This document shows, one piece after another, positions 16,936-26,472 of a stretch of 42,597 nucleotides of DNA. Position 1 is the first letter of the stretch; each line of letters opens with the position of its first letter. The notes beneath the pieces were generated by a model. It was not told where the DNA came from. It made no database searches and saw nothing but the letters and a program-made list of their open reading frames with translations. A program made the position numbers and the translations under genes. Where the stretch lies: positions 1-42,597 of IMG/VR virus record IMGVR_UViG_3300024996_000139. One strand, 5' to 3'. Source of the DNA: a virus. Taxonomy: Duplodnaviria; Caudoviricetes.

Positions 16936-18455
16936 CGGGCGATCCGGATGATGGTTATGAGCGGATCGTCACCATGCTCGATGACGCTGGCGTGGGTACG
17001 ATCCAGCCTGGCGATTCGATCGCCGACATTGTCGAAGATGCGGAAGAGACCGGAAGCGATGAGGACGAGCAGTCGCTCGGTAACGGGCCGCCAAAGCCGC
17101 GCAAGTTTGGCTTCAGCACACGCCGGCTGAACGAAGAGTTTTCGCTCGTGCTGATGGGTTCTAAAGCCGTCATCTTCCTCGATCAACCCGACGCAATGCT
17201 GGAGGATCAGCAACGCGTCTTGACGCTGGAAGCCTTCAATGCCTGGTTCGCCAACCGCTTCACCGAGGTCCTGGGGGGCGATGGCAAGATCAAGATTATC
17301 TCATGGGCCAAGGCCTGGCTAACCAACCGGCGCCGGCGGCAATATCGCGGCGTCGAGTTCCATCCCGATCCGGATGATAGCGATGGCACGCCGGGCTATC
17401 TCAACCTGTGGCGCGGGTTTGCGGTAAAGCCGAAAACCGGCGGGTCTTATAAGATCTTCCGCGACCACATGCTGACCAATGTTTGCCGTGGCGATGCCGC
17501 CATCTTCTCGTGGTTGTTCGGGTTTTTCGCCCATATGGTTCAGCGTCCGCGCGAGCGGCTTGGCGTCGCCATCGTGATGCGCGGCAGTATGGGCAGCGGC
17601 AAGACCAAGGTTGGCGAGATATTCGGTTCGCTGATTACCCGGCATTATTTCCTGGTCGACGATCCGCGTTATGTGACCGGGCAGTTCAACGCTCATATGG
17701 CGACCTGCCTGCTGCTGCAAGCGGACGAGGCTGTGTGGGCTGGCGACAAGGCCGCCGAAGGCCGTCTGAAGGGTCTGGTGACTTCGCCGATCCAGCAGAT
17801 TGAGGCCAAGGGAATCGATCCGATTCGGCTCAAGAATTATGTCCGGCTGATCATGACCTCGAATGAGGAATGGGTCGTGCCGGCCGGCAAGGATGAGCGG
17901 CGCTTTTGCGTGCTCGATGTCGATCCGCGCTGCGCTCAGAACCACGATTATTTCCGCGAGATGGATGAAGAGCTCGATGATGGCGGGCGAGAGGCTTTGC
18001 TGGCGGATCTGCTCGCGTTCGATCTTTCGACCATCAATCTGCGCCAGATCCCGCGCACCAATGCGCTGCTCGAGCAGAAAATACACTCGCTCAACAGTCT
18101 GGACAGTTGGTGGTTCGGCCGGCTGATGGATGGCACGACGACGCGCGGCGGTGACAAATGGGTCCAGCTGATCCCGAAGCGTCTGCTCTACGACGATTAT
18201 ATCGTGGCGAGCGATCGGATCGGTATCAAGCGCAAGACGGCAGAAACCGAGGTCGGCATGAAGCTCGCCAAGCTGGTGCCCGGCCTGCGCACGACCCGGA
18301 GTTTCTGGGATGACGGACCGACAATGACCAAGCGCGAATGGTGCTTCGAATTACCATCGCTCGAGCAATGCCGCGCTGCCTTCGAGGAAGCCATGCAGCA
18401 GCCTATTGCGTGGTCGGATATGAGCGCGCTGAGAGAGCCGGAAGCGTTGGAGTGA
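16932..18455 (+). CDS. DUF5906/D5-like primase-associated SF3 helicase
   Basis: Walker A GSMGSGKT, Walker B LLLQADE, LKGLVT, IMTSN, DERRF. Confidence 0.9.
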   Translation: MTGDPDDGYERIVTMLDDAGVGTIQPGDSIADIVEDAEETGSDEDEQSLGNGPPKPRKFGFSTRRLNEEFSLVLMGSKAVIFLDQPDAMLEDQQRVLTLEAFNAWFANRFTEVLGGDGKIKIISWAKAWLTNRRRRQYRGVEFHPDPDDSDGTPGYLNLWRGFAVKPKTGGSYKIFRDHMLTNVCRGDAAIFSWLFGFFAHMVQRPRERLGVAIVMRGSMGSGKTKVGEIFGSLITRHYFLVDDPRYVTGQFNAHMATCLLLQADEAVWAGDKAAEGRLKGLVTSPIQQIEAKGIDPIRLKNYVRLIMTSNEEWVVPAGKDERRFCVLDVDPRCAQNHDYFREMDEELDDGGREALLADLLAFDLSTINLRQIPRTNALLEQKIHSLNSLDSWWFGRLMDGTTTRGGDKWVQLIPKRLLYDDYIVASDRIGIKRKTAETEVGMKLAKLVPGLRTTRSFWDDGPTMTKREWCFELPSLEQCRAAFEEAMQQPIAWSDMSALREPEALE

Positions 18456-18463
18456 AGGACAAT

Positions 18464-18790
18464 TGTCCAACCTGTCCAACCTCATGGCAAAGGGCGGTCA
18501 AGGTTGGACTATCCTAACAGATTGAAATAATTAGCAATGTCCAACCTGTCCAACCTGTCCAACCTTTTCGCTTCGCGTGTATGCGAGTGCGCGCACACGC
18601 GAGGGTTCAAAAAATCGCGAGGCTCCCGCTCTCAGGGCGAGGGTTAGCCGATCGAGACTTCTGAGATTTTTCCCAATTCTTTGAAATAGGTTGGACAGGT
18701 TGGACAGGTTGGACAAAACACAAGAAATCAAAGGGTTACACCTGTCCAACCTTTGCTTTTCGAGAGAATGAAGGTCGGACAGGTTGGACA
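18464..18790. repeat. Probable replication origin: 12 copies of TGTCCAACC in mirror arrangement
   Basis: Forward copies at 18464, 18473, 18538, 18547, 18556, 18743; reverse copies at 18502 (variant), 18689, 18698, 18707, 18773 (variant), 18782. Confidence 0.85.
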
Positions 18791-18807
18791 TTGTTCAGGA
18801 GACGGCA

Positions 18808-19689
18808 ATGGTGGGGCGGAGTTTCCATTTGCGACGGACGGCAGTGGTGGGGGTCGCGCAACGCTGGGAAGGCAAAACTGTCGGGCAGGTACGGTCGGAG
18901 CCGAGGAAATCGATCGGGATCGAGGCGTTCCTTGCGTGGTGTTATCGGGAAGAGCTGCCGAAGACGCCGCGGTTGGGTAATGGGCCGGCCAATTATGGTC
19001 CGAGCCTGCGGACGGACGATTATGTCGATCACTGCAACGTTTGGGGCTTGGTGCCTGATTTCGGCGCGCGCAGTTGGCCGCATCCTGACGCGGTGCGCGC
19101 CGGCAACCTGGTGATGGAGCTTGGCGACTTTGCCGTTGGTATGCCGGAAGACTGGCAGCCGCTCGCCGATATGGTTGGGATGGAGGGCATCGAAGAGGCC
19201 ACCATGCGCGCCATCAACGAATTGACGGTGCGTGATAGCGCAGGCGGGACGCGCCTGCGCGTCATGCCCGAACGGCTGATTGTGCGGCATGCGCTGCTCG
19301 GCGGCACGCCGGATTGGCAAGCGGAGATGCCAGCGGTCAAGGTAGTAACGCGGGCCAATGGTAAACCGTGCTGGTTTCGGCGAGTCATGGTGCGGCAGCG
19401 GACAGGGGACATGATCGAAGCTGAGGTCGATGGATACGATCAACGCGCCAAACGACCGTTTCCAGGCGCTTATCGCAAGACGCGCCTCGTGCCTGATCCA
19501 GCCGATGCTGTGTTAGGCCGCGCTGAATATGAGATCTGGCACGCCGCGCTAGCCGTGCTGGTCGAGGAACTTAGAGGCCAACTGGAGGCGTATGAGCTCG
19601 AGCACTGCACCCGCCCCGCACGGCCGTGGGAAGGTAGCGAGTCGGGTAAGACACCGGAAGCGAAAGTGCCGAAAATCGTAAGTGCTTGA
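18808..19689 (+). CDS. Conserved alphaproteobacterial phage protein in the late-regulator (Q) position
   Basis: AGGAGA RBS; LAWCYREELPK, PHPDA, RAEYEIWHAAL, RPW motifs; precedes a promoter-terminator pair and cos. Confidence 0.75.
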   Translation: MVGRSFHLRRTAVVGVAQRWEGKTVGQVRSEPRKSIGIEAFLAWCYREELPKTPRLGNGPANYGPSLRTDDYVDHCNVWGLVPDFGARSWPHPDAVRAGNLVMELGDFAVGMPEDWQPLADMVGMEGIEEATMRAINELTVRDSAGGTRLRVMPERLIVRHALLGGTPDWQAEMPAVKVVTRANGKPCWFRRVMVRQRTGDMIEAEVDGYDQRAKRPFPGAYRKTRLVPDPADAVLGRAEYEIWHAALAVLVEELRGQLEAYELEHCTRPARPWEGSESGKTPEAKVPKIVSA

Positions 19690-19695
19690 GATGGG

Positions 19696-19777
19696 TTGAC
19701 TTGCGGCAGTGATTTGGTGCATGACTCGCCACGGATAGAAATCAGCCCCGGCGCCCCACAAGGCGACCGGGGCTTTT
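19696..19777 (+). terminator. pR'/tR'-like late promoter followed by an intrinsic terminator
   Basis: TTGACT at 19696; AGCCCCGG-CGCC...GGCG-A-CCGGGGCT-TTT hairpin 19744-19777. Confidence 0.65.
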
Positions 19778-19794
19778 GCTTGGGGTCGGCTCGC

Positions 19795-19940
19795 GGGTCC
19801 TTCCTGGCACCCTGGCTATACGGGAGGGGCGGGGGTCTGGGGGAGGGGGTGTCAACGAAATTCGGCACAGGGTTGACCAAAATCGGAGCTTTGCCTTGCT
19901 GGTTGACAGTTCGGCCATGGCGTTGACGGGACCGGTTGAC
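19795..19940 (+). other. Putative cos packaging site
   Basis: GGGTCCT (identical to lambda cosQ) at 19795-19801, then TACG plus a G-rich tract, then five GTTGAC/GTCAAC repeats, just before the terminase genes. Confidence 0.65.
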
Positions 19941-20549
19941 CATGGCGATTGGGTCTCGATCTCGGCCATTGCCGCCGAACGGATGGTGTCCCGGCAGGCG
20001 ATTTCGAAGCGCGTGAAAGCGCTGGTCGGGGCGAATGGCCTGTCGATCCACGGCAGCGGGCGTGGACTGCGCGTCCATAAGCCGACTTTCGACCGTCTGG
20101 TCGCCCTGCAGCACGATCCGGCGCAGGATTTGCGCAACCGGCACCACGCGAAGCCAGAATTTGAAGCCGATCCGGTGGCTTCGGAGCCCGAAAAGCCGGC
20201 GGAAGCGGTTGCCGAGGCTCCGGCGAGGCTGCGCGGAGCCTTCGACGATGCTGCTGCGCGCGAAAAGAACGCGAAAGCCTCGATCGCGGAAATGGAGCTC
20301 GACCGCCGCCGCGGCGAGCTCGTATCCGTCCATGAGGTCGCCCAAGCCGCAGGTCGTGTCGGCGAGCGCCTCCGGAACATCGTCGCCGGCCTCCGGGCCA
20401 AGTCGACAGACCTCTACGCGGCCGGAAAGAGCGGTGGCGAAGAGGCCCTGCATGCCGTTCTCGTCGAGAACGTAAATTCCACCCTTCGGGCCATGGCGGA
20501 AGCCATGAGCGGTATCGCCGAGCCCGATTCGGACCCCGAACAGGACTAG
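19917..20549 (+). CDS. Terminase small subunit (Nu1-like)
   Basis: N-terminal HTH VSISAIAAERMVSRQAISKRV; ELDRRRGELV; directly upstream of the large subunit. Confidence 0.85.
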   Translation: MALTGPVDHGDWVSISAIAAERMVSRQAISKRVKALVGANGLSIHGSGRGLRVHKPTFDRLVALQHDPAQDLRNRHHAKPEFEADPVASEPEKPAEAVAEAPARLRGAFDDAAAREKNAKASIAEMELDRRRGELVSVHEVAQAAGRVGERLRNIVAGLRAKSTDLYAAGKSGGEEALHAVLVENVNSTLRAMAEAMSGIAEPDSDPEQD

Positions 20550-20559
20550 GAAACCCCAT

Positions 20560-22557
20560 TTGAAGCGCCTGCCCAACGCCCTCGCCATTATCGCGGGCGC
20601 GATTGCTGCTGCGATCGCGCCGCCGACCGAGCGCACGCCGTCCGCGCTCGCGGCCGAGGTGCTGATCCAGGCCGAAGGGCCGCGCGCGGGTCAATTGTGG
20701 GATCCGTCGCTAACGCCGTATGTCCCGGCGATCATCGACGAGGCGATGTGCGGGGCCCACACGAAAGGCGTGGTGAGAAAGTCGGCACAGACCGGCTTTT
20801 CAGAGGGTCTGAAAGCCTGCGTCAGCTGGATTGCGCTCGAATCGCCGTGCCGCGCGCTGTTGACCCAGCCGACGACGGGCATGGCGATGAAGTTCAACCG
20901 GGACAAACTTGCTCCGGCAATCGAAGCGTCGCCAGCGCTGAAGCGCCGGATCTACCCGCTCTCGAAAAAGGGAACGCTGGGCTCGTCGGCCCTTTACAAG
21001 GCCTTCCCGGGCGGCTCCGTGGCGATCATCGGCGCGAATTCGGCGGCCGAGCTCCAGATGCACACGGTCAAGATCGCTCTCTGCGACGAGGTCGATCAGT
21101 ATCCGCGCGATCTCGACGGCCAGGGCTCGCCGATGTCGATGATCGACGCCCGGCAAATCAGCTTCCACGCCACGCGCGACTACCGGAAGCTGATCGGCGG
21201 GACGCCGACGATCAAGGGCGAATCGCTCGTCGACGCCGAATTTGAGGCTGGCGACCAGCGCTACTGGAAGATGCCATGCCCGCATTGTGGCGAGCGGATC
21301 AAGTTCGTGTTCGGCGGCTACGCCGATCAGACCGGTACCGGGCTCCGCTTCAACCGGCAGCATCCGGTCGAGGCGCATTATGTGCCGCAGTGTTGTGGCG
21401 TCGTGATCGAGCACTGGCAAAAGGCCGACATGGTGCGCGCCGGCGCATTCGAGCCGGAGGCTCCGGCGCCGGGCCGTTATCCGTCCTGGCATCTCGACGC
21501 GATGATGTCGCTGCTGACGACATGGGATCATATCGCCGAGAAATTCATTGCCGCTGGCGATGATCCGCAAAAGCTGAAGAGCTTCTACAATCACGATCTC
21601 GGCCTCGCCTACGAAGAGGATCAGGGCGAGACGCCGGATTGGCAGGCACTGTTCAAGCGACGCGAGCAGCTCGCCGAGCGGATCATCCCGGCAGACGGCC
21701 TGATCGTCACGGCCGGTGTCGACGTCCAGAAACTCGGCCTCTATCTCGAGATCCTTGCCTGGACGCCGGACCGCCGCTCATACACGCTGTTGGCAAGCTA
21801 TATTCGCGCTGGCACGGTCGAGAAGCCTGGCGATACGTCGGATCCCGATGATCCGTGCTGGAAGCGCCTGACCGAAATCTTCGAGCAGCCGTTGCAGGAT
21901 GAGGCCGGCAACGCTAGGCGCATCGACGCGATGGGCATCGACTGCCGCTACAACGCGCCGGTCGTCTATGACTGGGTCCGCCGCCATCACGGCTCATTCG
22001 CGCTGCGCACCGAGGATGGCTGGGGCCGCGTGCCGCTCGGCAATCCGCAGCAGGTCGATTTCGATTGGCGCGGAAAGCGCATCAAGCGCGGTGCCCTGCA
22101 GTGGAAAGTCGGCAGCTACAACTTAAAATCGCGCTTTTATGCCTATTTGCGGCGTGAGGTCGAGATTATCGACGGTGTTTCGCGGTGTCAGCCCGGTTTT
22201 TGCCATTTCGGCAGCTTCCTGCCGGAAGGCTATTTCCGACAGCTCTGCTCGGAATATGTTGCCCTCGACAAGAAAGGGCACCGCATCTGGAAGCAGCGCG
22301 AGGACGATAACCATTATCTCGATTGCCGCGTGCTCAACATGGCTCTGGCCTTCGGCGGTCCGCTGTTCGACATCGAAAACCGGTCTCCTGAATTCTGGCG
22401 CGCGCGGGCGATCGAGCTCGGCCTAACGCCGGATCACCTGGCGCCGCTCCTGTCGATCGTCGACGAGCGCGCGCCGGAGGTGACGCCGGCGGCGGCACTG
22501 CCGCAGACGCCCGCCGGTGATGATGCGTGGATTCCGCCGAGCGAGGACTGGCTATGA
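20560..22557 (+). CDS. Terminase large subunit, lambda GpA family
   Basis: KSAQTGFSE Walker A, LCDEVD Walker B, GTPT, PCPHCG, AGVDVQ, NHYLDCRV. Confidence 0.96.
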   Translation: MKRLPNALAIIAGAIAAAIAPPTERTPSALAAEVLIQAEGPRAGQLWDPSLTPYVPAIIDEAMCGAHTKGVVRKSAQTGFSEGLKACVSWIALESPCRALLTQPTTGMAMKFNRDKLAPAIEASPALKRRIYPLSKKGTLGSSALYKAFPGGSVAIIGANSAAELQMHTVKIALCDEVDQYPRDLDGQGSPMSMIDARQISFHATRDYRKLIGGTPTIKGESLVDAEFEAGDQRYWKMPCPHCGERIKFVFGGYADQTGTGLRFNRQHPVEAHYVPQCCGVVIEHWQKADMVRAGAFEPEAPAPGRYPSWHLDAMMSLLTTWDHIAEKFIAAGDDPQKLKSFYNHDLGLAYEEDQGETPDWQALFKRREQLAERIIPADGLIVTAGVDVQKLGLYLEILAWTPDRRSYTLLASYIRAGTVEKPGDTSDPDDPCWKRLTEIFEQPLQDEAGNARRIDAMGIDCRYNAPVVYDWVRRHHGSFALRTEDGWGRVPLGNPQQVDFDWRGKRIKRGALQWKVGSYNLKSRFYAYLRREVEIIDGVSRCQPGFCHFGSFLPEGYFRQLCSEYVALDKKGHRIWKQREDDNHYLDCRVLNMALAFGGPLFDIENRSPEFWRARAIELGLTPDHLAPLLSIVDERAPEVTPAAALPQTPAGDDAWIPPSEDWL

Positions 22558-22778
22558 CACAACAGGAGATCGTTCTGGCGATCGACGCCCTCGAGCGCGC
22601 GTTGATGTCGTCGCAGCTGACCGTCGAATATGCCGGCCGTCGCGTCACCTACGCGTCGAAGGCCGACATCATCAGCGCGCTCACCTATTTCCAGCGTCGC
22701 CAGCAAGGCGGTGAGCCCGGGGGCGCGGCGCCATCGAGCGCCAGGCGCACGACCTACGCCGAATTCGAGAGGGATTGA
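22554..22778 (+). CDS. gpW-like head-tail joining protein
   Basis: LERAL...VEYAGRRVTYAS; lies between terminase and portal. Confidence 0.85.
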   Translation: MTQQEIVLAIDALERALMSSQLTVEYAGRRVTYASKADIISALTYFQRRQQGGEPGGAAPSSARRTTYAEFERD

Positions 22779-24307
22779 TGGACGCCCGCCTGACCCTCCT
22801 CGATCGCGCTATTGGCTGGATCTCGCCGCGTGCCGGTCTCGATCGCGTGCGAGCCCGACTGGTACTCGATTATACTGCGCGCCTCTATGAAGGGGCGGGT
22901 TTCGGACGGGCCACCAAGGGGTGGCGGGCGACTGGAGCGTCGAGCAACGCCGAGAACGCTCCGGCCCTGTCCGTCCTGCGCAACCGGGCGCGGGATATGC
23001 AGCGCAACAATCCGCTGGTGCGCTCGGCAATCCAGCACTTCGCGGGCAAAGTCGTCGGCACCGGCATCACGCCGCGCGCGCAGCACAAGTCGGCAAGGCT
23101 GCGCATCAAGGCCATGGATGCGTGGAATCGCTTCTGCGACAACTGCGACCCGGAAGGACAATCCGACTTCTACGGTCTGCAGCACCTTGCCGCGGCCAGC
23201 ATGTTTCGCGATGGCGACGTGTTCGGCCTGTGGCTGCCGGACGAGTATGGCGTGCCGAATTCGCAGCTGCGGCTGCTCGAGGCGGATCATGCCGATCCGT
23301 ATCGAATCGAGCCGCATCATCAGGGTGCGCGCGTCATCTCCGGTGTCGAGGTCGACGACTGGGGCCGGCGTCTCGGCTATCACCTGTTCCCGGTCCATCC
23401 GGGCGAGGATGGCATCATCAACGTGCGGCGCGATTCGCGTTTCGTGCCGGGGGCGAGTGTCGACCATCTTTTCCAGACCGATCGGGCTGGGCAGGTGCGC
23501 GGCGTATCCTGGCTGGCCTCGAGCATGCTGCGCATGCGTGGCATCGACGATGTCGAGCAGTCGACGATCATGCGCAAGCGGCTCGAAGCGTGCATCGGGG
23601 TGATCTTTTCGTCGCCGGATGCCGCCGGCGGCTCGCTGCCGGTCATCGGCGAACAGAAGAAAGACCCGAAATCCGGTCGCACGAATGAAAGCCTGCACCC
23701 GGGCATGGTGTTGCGCATGGGCCCGGGCGAGACGGCGACGTCGTTCATCCCGGCATCGTCCGGCGACTTGGTCGATTTCCGTCGCCAACAGCTCTACGCC
23801 TTCTGCGCCTCGACCGGTCTCGCCTATCACGAGATCACTGGCGACGTCAGCCAGGCGAATTATTCCTCGACCCGCGCAGCCAAGCTCGCCGGCGATGTCG
23901 TGATCGACGTCGTGCAATGGCTGGTGTTCCGGCCACGCTTCAACCGGAAGGCCTGGCAGCGCGTCATGCACCGCGAGGCCGTGATCACGGGAGAGGCCCG
24001 TTTCCTCGAGGTCGGCGCCGAATGGTCGCCGCCGGTGCGGCCCTGGACCGATCCGCTGAAGGATATCCAGGCGAAGATCCTGGAGATTCGCGCCGGCCTG
24101 CAGACGATGCCGGAAGCACTGGCCGAGCGTGGCTGGGATTGGACGACGCAGCTCGACGAGATCGAGAGCTTTATGGGCGCGCTCTCCGCCAAGGGCATCG
24201 TGCTCGATACCGATCCGCGCCGGGTCAACCGGCAGGGCGTGGCCCAGACCGAGGGGCAGGCAGCCGGCGATATCGCCGACAACTTTTCCGGTAAATCGCA
24301 GGGGTAG
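22778..24307 (+). CDS. Portal protein, lambda family
   Basis: LRNRARDMQRNNP, VVGTG, QVRGVSW, GDVSQANYSS.R, DPLKD. Confidence 0.96.
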   Translation: MDARLTLLDRAIGWISPRAGLDRVRARLVLDYTARLYEGAGFGRATKGWRATGASSNAENAPALSVLRNRARDMQRNNPLVRSAIQHFAGKVVGTGITPRAQHKSARLRIKAMDAWNRFCDNCDPEGQSDFYGLQHLAAASMFRDGDVFGLWLPDEYGVPNSQLRLLEADHADPYRIEPHHQGARVISGVEVDDWGRRLGYHLFPVHPGEDGIINVRRDSRFVPGASVDHLFQTDRAGQVRGVSWLASSMLRMRGIDDVEQSTIMRKRLEACIGVIFSSPDAAGGSLPVIGEQKKDPKSGRTNESLHPGMVLRMGPGETATSFIPASSGDLVDFRRQQLYAFCASTGLAYHEITGDVSQANYSSTRAAKLAGDVVIDVVQWLVFRPRFNRKAWQRVMHREAVITGEARFLEVGAEWSPPVRPWTDPLKDIQAKILEIRAGLQTMPEALAERGWDWTTQLDEIESFMGALSAKGIVLDTDPRRVNRQGVAQTEGQAAGDIADNFSGKSQG

Positions 24308-24311
24308 CATC

Positions 24312-26396
24312 ATGATCCGATCCGCATCCGCGGCACCGGCCGGCTTCCAGCCGGGCGGAACGTCCTCCCGTGTCCTTTCCGGCCGCTCGACGCCGGCGAC
24401 TTATGACGCCGCAGCGCGGTCCGTCGAAGCCGTGTTTGCCGTCGGCGCTCCCGTCAGGCGCTATGGCTATGTCGAGACCCTCAGCATGGAGCCCGAGGCG
24501 ATCGATCTATCTCGGGTCGCGGCCGGGCAATGCAAGCTGCTCGATAGCCACAATCAGTGGTCGATCGGCGCCATTCTCGGTCGCGTCGAAGATGCCCGGA
24601 TCGAAAACGGCCAGCTCGTCGGCAGGCTGGTCTTTGCCGATAGCGAGGCCGGACGAGCCGCCGAGGGCATGGTGGCGAGCGGTGACCTGACCGGCATTTC
24701 GATCGGTTACGGCGTCACCAAATGGACCAACACTTCCGTCGAAGACGACGTCGAAACCTGGCGCGCCGATCAGTGGACCCTCTACGAGGTCACCCTCTGT
24801 TCGGTGCCGGCAGACCCGGCCGCGGGCATCCGCTCGGCGGTCAATACCGGGCAATCCGCCCAAACCATGGAGACTGAGGATATGACGCGTTCCCTCGCTC
24901 CGGCGGCCGAGCCCGCCGGCACGATTCCTGCCGCTTCCGCGGCGGCCATCAACCCGCCCGCGCAGCGCGCGGAGCCCGCCACGCAGCCGGCACCTGCTGC
25001 CCAGCGTGTCGAGCCGGCGGTGCCGGCAGCCAACGCCGCCGTTGCGGTCACGGAAGATACCCGCGTTGTCGCACTGACGGCGACCGAGGTGCTCAACCTG
25101 CAGCGCATGGCCAACCCCTTCGGCCCGCCCATTCGCGAGGCTGTGGACGAAATGATCGGCCGCAACCTCTCGGGCGACGCCATTCGCGCCGAGATGCTGC
25201 GGCGCGCCGGCGAGGCGCAGGAGGCCAGCCGTACGATCGGCGGCCCGTCGCGCATCGAAATCATGCGCGATGAGGGCGACACCCTGCGCCGCGGCATCGA
25301 GACGGCGATCATCCTGCGCGCGGCGCCGTCCTCGATCCGTGGCGACACGGCCGAGGCCCGGGCCCAGATCGAGCAGGCGCGGCAGTTCCGTGGCCTGTCC
25401 CTGATTGACATGTTCCGCGATTACGCGGAGCGGGCACAGGGCGTGCGCCTTCGTGGCTTCTCGCGCATGGAAATGGCGACGCTGGCGCTCGGCCTGCCCG
25501 ATTTCGGCCTGCAGCAGCGCGCGGCGATGTCGACGAGCGATTTCCCCTATTTGCTCGCCAATGTCGCCAGCAGGCGGCTGCGGGACGCCTATGGCGCCGT
25601 GACCCAGACCTGGCGCCCGCTCGGCCGCCAAACCTCGAATCCGGATTTCAAGGAAAAGGCGGTCGTGCAGCTCGCCGGCCTGCCGGGACTCAAGCTGGTG
25701 AAGGAGGGGCAGGAATACACCTATGCCGGCATGGGCGACGCGCAGGAAAAATACGCGCTCGCCACCTACGGCCGTATTGTGGCGATCACGCGCCAGGCGC
25801 TGATCAACGACGATCTCTCGGCCTTCGATCGCCTGCCCTCGATGCTGGGCCGCGCGGCGGCCGAGCTCGAAAACGATGTCGCCTGGGGCATCTTCATCAA
25901 CAACCCGGTGATGGCGGACACCAAGGCGTTGTTCCATTCCGACCATAATAACCTCGGGACCGCCGGCGATGTGACCGAGACGACGGTGGCCGAACTCGAG
26001 CAGAAGATGGGCGAGCAGAAGGATGCGTCCGGCAAGACGCCGCTGAACCTGCGTCCGGCGTATCTCGTCGTCACGCCCAAGCGCAAGGTCGCCGGCCAGA
26101 AGCTGCTCGGCGCCATCCAGCCGAATGCCTCCTCGGCCTTCAACCCTTACGTCAATGCGATGCAGCTGATCGTCGAGGCGCGGTTGAAGCCGAAAACCGG
26201 CAATGAGCCGTGGTTTGTCGTCGGCGATCCGAGCCAGTTCGACACCTTCGAGTATGCCTATCTCGATGGTCAGGAAGGGCTCTACACCGAGCAGCGCATG
26301 GGCTTCGAGGTCGACGGCATCGAGATCAAGGGTCGCCTCGATTTCGCGGCCAAGGCGATCGACTACCGCAACATGGCGAAGAACGCCGGCGCCTAA
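24312..26396 (+). CDS. Prohead protease / major capsid protein fusion
   Basis: LLDSH, GISIGY, YEVTLCSVPAD protease motifs; Ala/Pro linker; STSDFP...TYGR...TRQALINDDL capsid motifs. Confidence 0.94.
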   Translation: MIRSASAAPAGFQPGGTSSRVLSGRSTPATYDAAARSVEAVFAVGAPVRRYGYVETLSMEPEAIDLSRVAAGQCKLLDSHNQWSIGAILGRVEDARIENGQLVGRLVFADSEAGRAAEGMVASGDLTGISIGYGVTKWTNTSVEDDVETWRADQWTLYEVTLCSVPADPAAGIRSAVNTGQSAQTMETEDMTRSLAPAAEPAGTIPAASAAAINPPAQRAEPATQPAPAAQRVEPAVPAANAAVAVTEDTRVVALTATEVLNLQRMANPFGPPIREAVDEMIGRNLSGDAIRAEMLRRAGEAQEASRTIGGPSRIEIMRDEGDTLRRGIETAIILRAAPSSIRGDTAEARAQIEQARQFRGLSLIDMFRDYAERAQGVRLRGFSRMEMATLALGLPDFGLQQRAAMSTSDFPYLLANVASRRLRDAYGAVTQTWRPLGRQTSNPDFKEKAVVQLAGLPGLKLVKEGQEYTYAGMGDAQEKYALATYGRIVAITRQALINDDLSAFDRLPSMLGRAAAELENDVAWGIFINNPVMADTKALFHSDHNNLGTAGDVTETTVAELEQKMGEQKDASGKTPLNLRPAYLVVTPKRKVAGQKLLGAIQPNASSAFNPYVNAMQLIVEARLKPKTGNEPWFVVGDPSQFDTFEYAYLDGQEGLYTEQRMGFEVDGIEIKGRLDFAAKAIDYRNMAKNAGA

Positions 26397-26414
26397 GCCG
26401 ACCTCAATACCGCC

Positions 26415-26443
26415 CCCGCGCGGCATGGACCGCGCGGGCTTTC
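26415..26443 (+). terminator. GC hairpin after the capsid gene
   Basis: CCCGCGCGG-CATGGA-CCGCGCGGG then CTTTC (weak U-tract). Confidence 0.5.
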
Positions 26444-26472
26444 AGTTGATCCATGATCCGAAAGGACAGACC

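Noticed and set aside
18464-18790. CRISPR array or coding repeat (ORF 18531-18791, LSNLSNLSNL)
   Set aside because: Units are 9 bp, in both orientations, with no unique spacers and no cas genes; the ORF is a by-product of a 9-bp period
22754-26426. Long minus-strand ORFs (519 aa and 639 aa) opposite portal and capsid
   Set aside because: Codon-aligned antisense shadows expected in high-GC genes; no RBS, coupling or recognisable motifs
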